64,000 bases of DNA from Mustelus asterias. Its lineage: Eukaryota. The stretch is taken from assembly GCF_964213995.1 (NCBI RefSeq), contig NC_135830.1, positions 13,082,001-13,146,000 on the forward strand, given 5' to 3'. Position numbers and translations under genes: made by a program. Positions 61,801 through 64,000 of the stretch are shown in pieces. The notes under the pieces were generated by a model. It did not search any database, had not been told where the DNA came from, and saw only the letters and a list, made by a program, of their open reading frames with translations. Within the stretch, counting starts at the first letter, position 1. Each line of letters begins with the position of its first letter.

Positions 61801-62762
61801 GGCCACCTCCACCTCTTCCTCTCCATCGATCTTTTCCCGATTCTCCACATTGATCAGCTTTCTGTAACAGGGATGTGTAAATCACCGGGCAGCTGCTTTA
61901 ATGTCGGCGTCTTTCTTTAAGAAACACGTACCAGTGAACAAATAGTCAGACTGAGGGAGCTGCAGGGAAGCTTACAGCAAAACTAGGATGGGTCGCACAG
62001 GAATCAAACACCAAGTTTACACCAGTATTGGGGAGCCAGGCGGCCTTGGTCTCAGCTAATTGCCTTCTTATTTTTTGGGTGTTTGTGTCCGGCTTAACAC
62101 ATGGAAATTCCTACTTCTGACCTCATGTTGGATGGAATGTCACTGTTGAAGCAGTAGAAGATTGTTGGTCCCAGAACACTCCCCTGCCGAAATCCTGCAG
62201 TGAAATCTGAACTTAGATGTTTGACCTCCAACCACCAATACCATGTTGCTTTGTGCTAAGTTTGACTTCAAACAGAGAAGAATTTCCCGCCGATTCTTAT
62301 TGACTTGAGTTTACTCGGGCCCCTTGATCCCACCCTCATTCAAATGGTACCGTGGGGGGGGGGGGGGGGGGCGGTCGGGGGAGGGGGCGGTGGGGGAGGG
62401 GAGGGGGTGGTGGGGGGGGGGGTGGTGGCACGGTGGCACAGTGATTAGCGCTGCTGCCTCAGAGTTGGATTCCCGACTTGGGTCACTGTCTGTGTGGAGT
62501 TTGCAAGTTCCCCCCGTGTCTGTTTGGGTTTCCTTCGGGTGCTCCTGTTTCCTCCCACAGTCCAAAGATGTGGGTTCGGTGGATTGGCCGTGCTAAAATT
62601 GCCCCTTAGTGTCAGGGAGACTAGTTAGGGTAAATACATGTGTTTATGGGGATAGGGCTTTGGTGGGATTGCTGTTGGTGCAGACTCGATGGGCTGAATG
62701 GCCTCCTTCTGCACTGTAGCATCCTATGATTCTACTCTATGGTGTCCAGGACAGACACTCTG

Positions 62763-62923
62763 NNNNNNNNNNNNNNNNNNNNNNNNNNNNNNNNNNNNNN
62801 NNNNNNNNNNNNNNNNNNNNNNNNNNNNNNNNNNNNNNNNNNNNNNNNNNNNNNNNNNNNNNNNNNNNNNNNNNNNNNNNNNNNNNNNNNNNNNNNNNNN
62901 NNNNNNNNNNNNNNNNNNNNNNN
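62763..62923. other. Assembly gap (161 N)
   Basis: Run of N. Confidence 1.
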
Positions 62924-63411
62924 TGATAGAATGCGTTTGCACGTGTGTGAGACAGTGGGCTGTGCGTGCAAGAGGAGAGAGTGTGTGAGAGAAAGGGTGT
63001 GTGAGATAATGTGTGTGTGTGAGACAGAATGTGTGTTTGAAGAGTTATTCTTTGTGTGTGACAGTGTGTCTCTTCTTGATAATGTATATGTGTGGAGGGG
63101 CGGGGAGAGTGTGTGTGGGGAGTCTGTGTGAAAGAGTACTTCTGTGTGTGATTGTGTGTATGTTGATGTGAAAGGGAGTGTGTCTATTTGAGATACACGA
63201 TGTCTGTGAAAGAGAGTGTGTGTGCCTGAGAGGGAGGTTATGTGTGTGGGAGAGTGTTGTGTTCATGTGAAAGACAGTGTGTGTGAGAGGGAGTGCCTAT
63301 TGGAAAGCAAAATAATATGTTCATCAGTGTGTGAAACTGTGCATGGGATGGCGTGTGAGTGAGAAAGATATGTGCAATGTGTGTGGGAGATAGAAGCAAC
63401 GTGGGGTGTTT

Positions 63412-63455
<44 letters not shown>

Positions 63456-64000
63456 AGGGGCGGGGAGAGTGTGTGTGAGCGAGAAAAAGTGTGAAACTTA
63501 GACAGAATGGATGCGTGAGTGTGTGTGAGTGAATTGACTGTTGAGAGAACAGGTGTCTGTGATAGGTGGAGTGTTTAAAGAGAGATACATTGTACATACA
63601 TGTGTGTTCGTATGTAAGAGAAGTAGAGACTGTGTGAGAGATTGTGTGCGTGTGAAAAAGAGGGTGTTTGTGAAAGACAGTGTTTGAGAGCAAGATTGTG
63701 CGTGTGTGAGACAATGTGTAAGGGAGTGAGCGTGTGAAAGAGAGAGAAATATGTGCCTGTGTGAGAGAATACATGTGCAAGTGTCCGTATGAGAGAGAGA
63801 GAGCATGGGAATGTGTGTGAGACGAAGTGAGAGTGTACGGAAGAGGGAATGTGAGAGGCATAGTGCATGTGTGTGTGAGAGAGCGAATGTGTGCGCGAGA
63901 CTGTGCTTATGGGAGAGACTGTGTCTGTGTGTAAGAGTGTGTGTTAGAGTGTGTGCATGTTCTATGTTTGTGAGAGTGTTTGTGAGAGAGCCAGTGTGTG
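62924..64000. repeat. (TG)n/(GA)n low-complexity tract
   Basis: Degenerate TG/GA microsatellite, including a pure (TG)n at 63414-63453. Confidence 0.9.

Noticed and set aside
58593-64000. JH, D or VH segments or RSS upstream of CH1
   Set aside because: No WGxGT-type J coding sequence with donor and RSS was found on the minus strand. These probably lie beyond the window or in the gap, so functionality of the cluster cannot be judged.

Overview
Repeat-rich vertebrate genomic DNA, almost certainly from a shark (HE1/V-SINEs, Deu-SINEs, shark-type IgM). Left to right: (1) the main coding exon of a GPR139/GPR142-like class A GPCR (4894-5795, +). (2) A complete but decayed ~9.4-kb endogenous retrovirus (8670-18060): two LTRs, tRNA-Ser PBS, gag with two zinc knuckles, in-frame pro-pol of snakehead-retrovirus/class III character, and an env whose TM subunit aligns gap-free with filovirus GP2. 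A young CR1 with a 6-bp TSD interrupts pol. (3) A young, GC-rich, 5'-truncated Tx1 non-LTR retrotransposon with a nearly intact ORF2 (18452-22748). (4) A cluster of three C2H2 zinc-finger genes with no recognisable KRAB, each with one frameshift, plus orphan copies of their promoter/5'-exon modules in both orientations. These are interleaved with CR1, Rex1/Babar, Penelope (with minimal hammerhead ribozymes) and SINE copies. (5) On the minus strand, an intact-looking IgM heavy-chain constant region (CH1-CH4, secretory tail, TM1, TM2). The intron upstream of CH1 holds a G-rich, AID-hotspot-bearing ~20-bp tandem array. No V, D or J segment is visible in the window. All comparisons were made by eye or from recall; no database searches were run.
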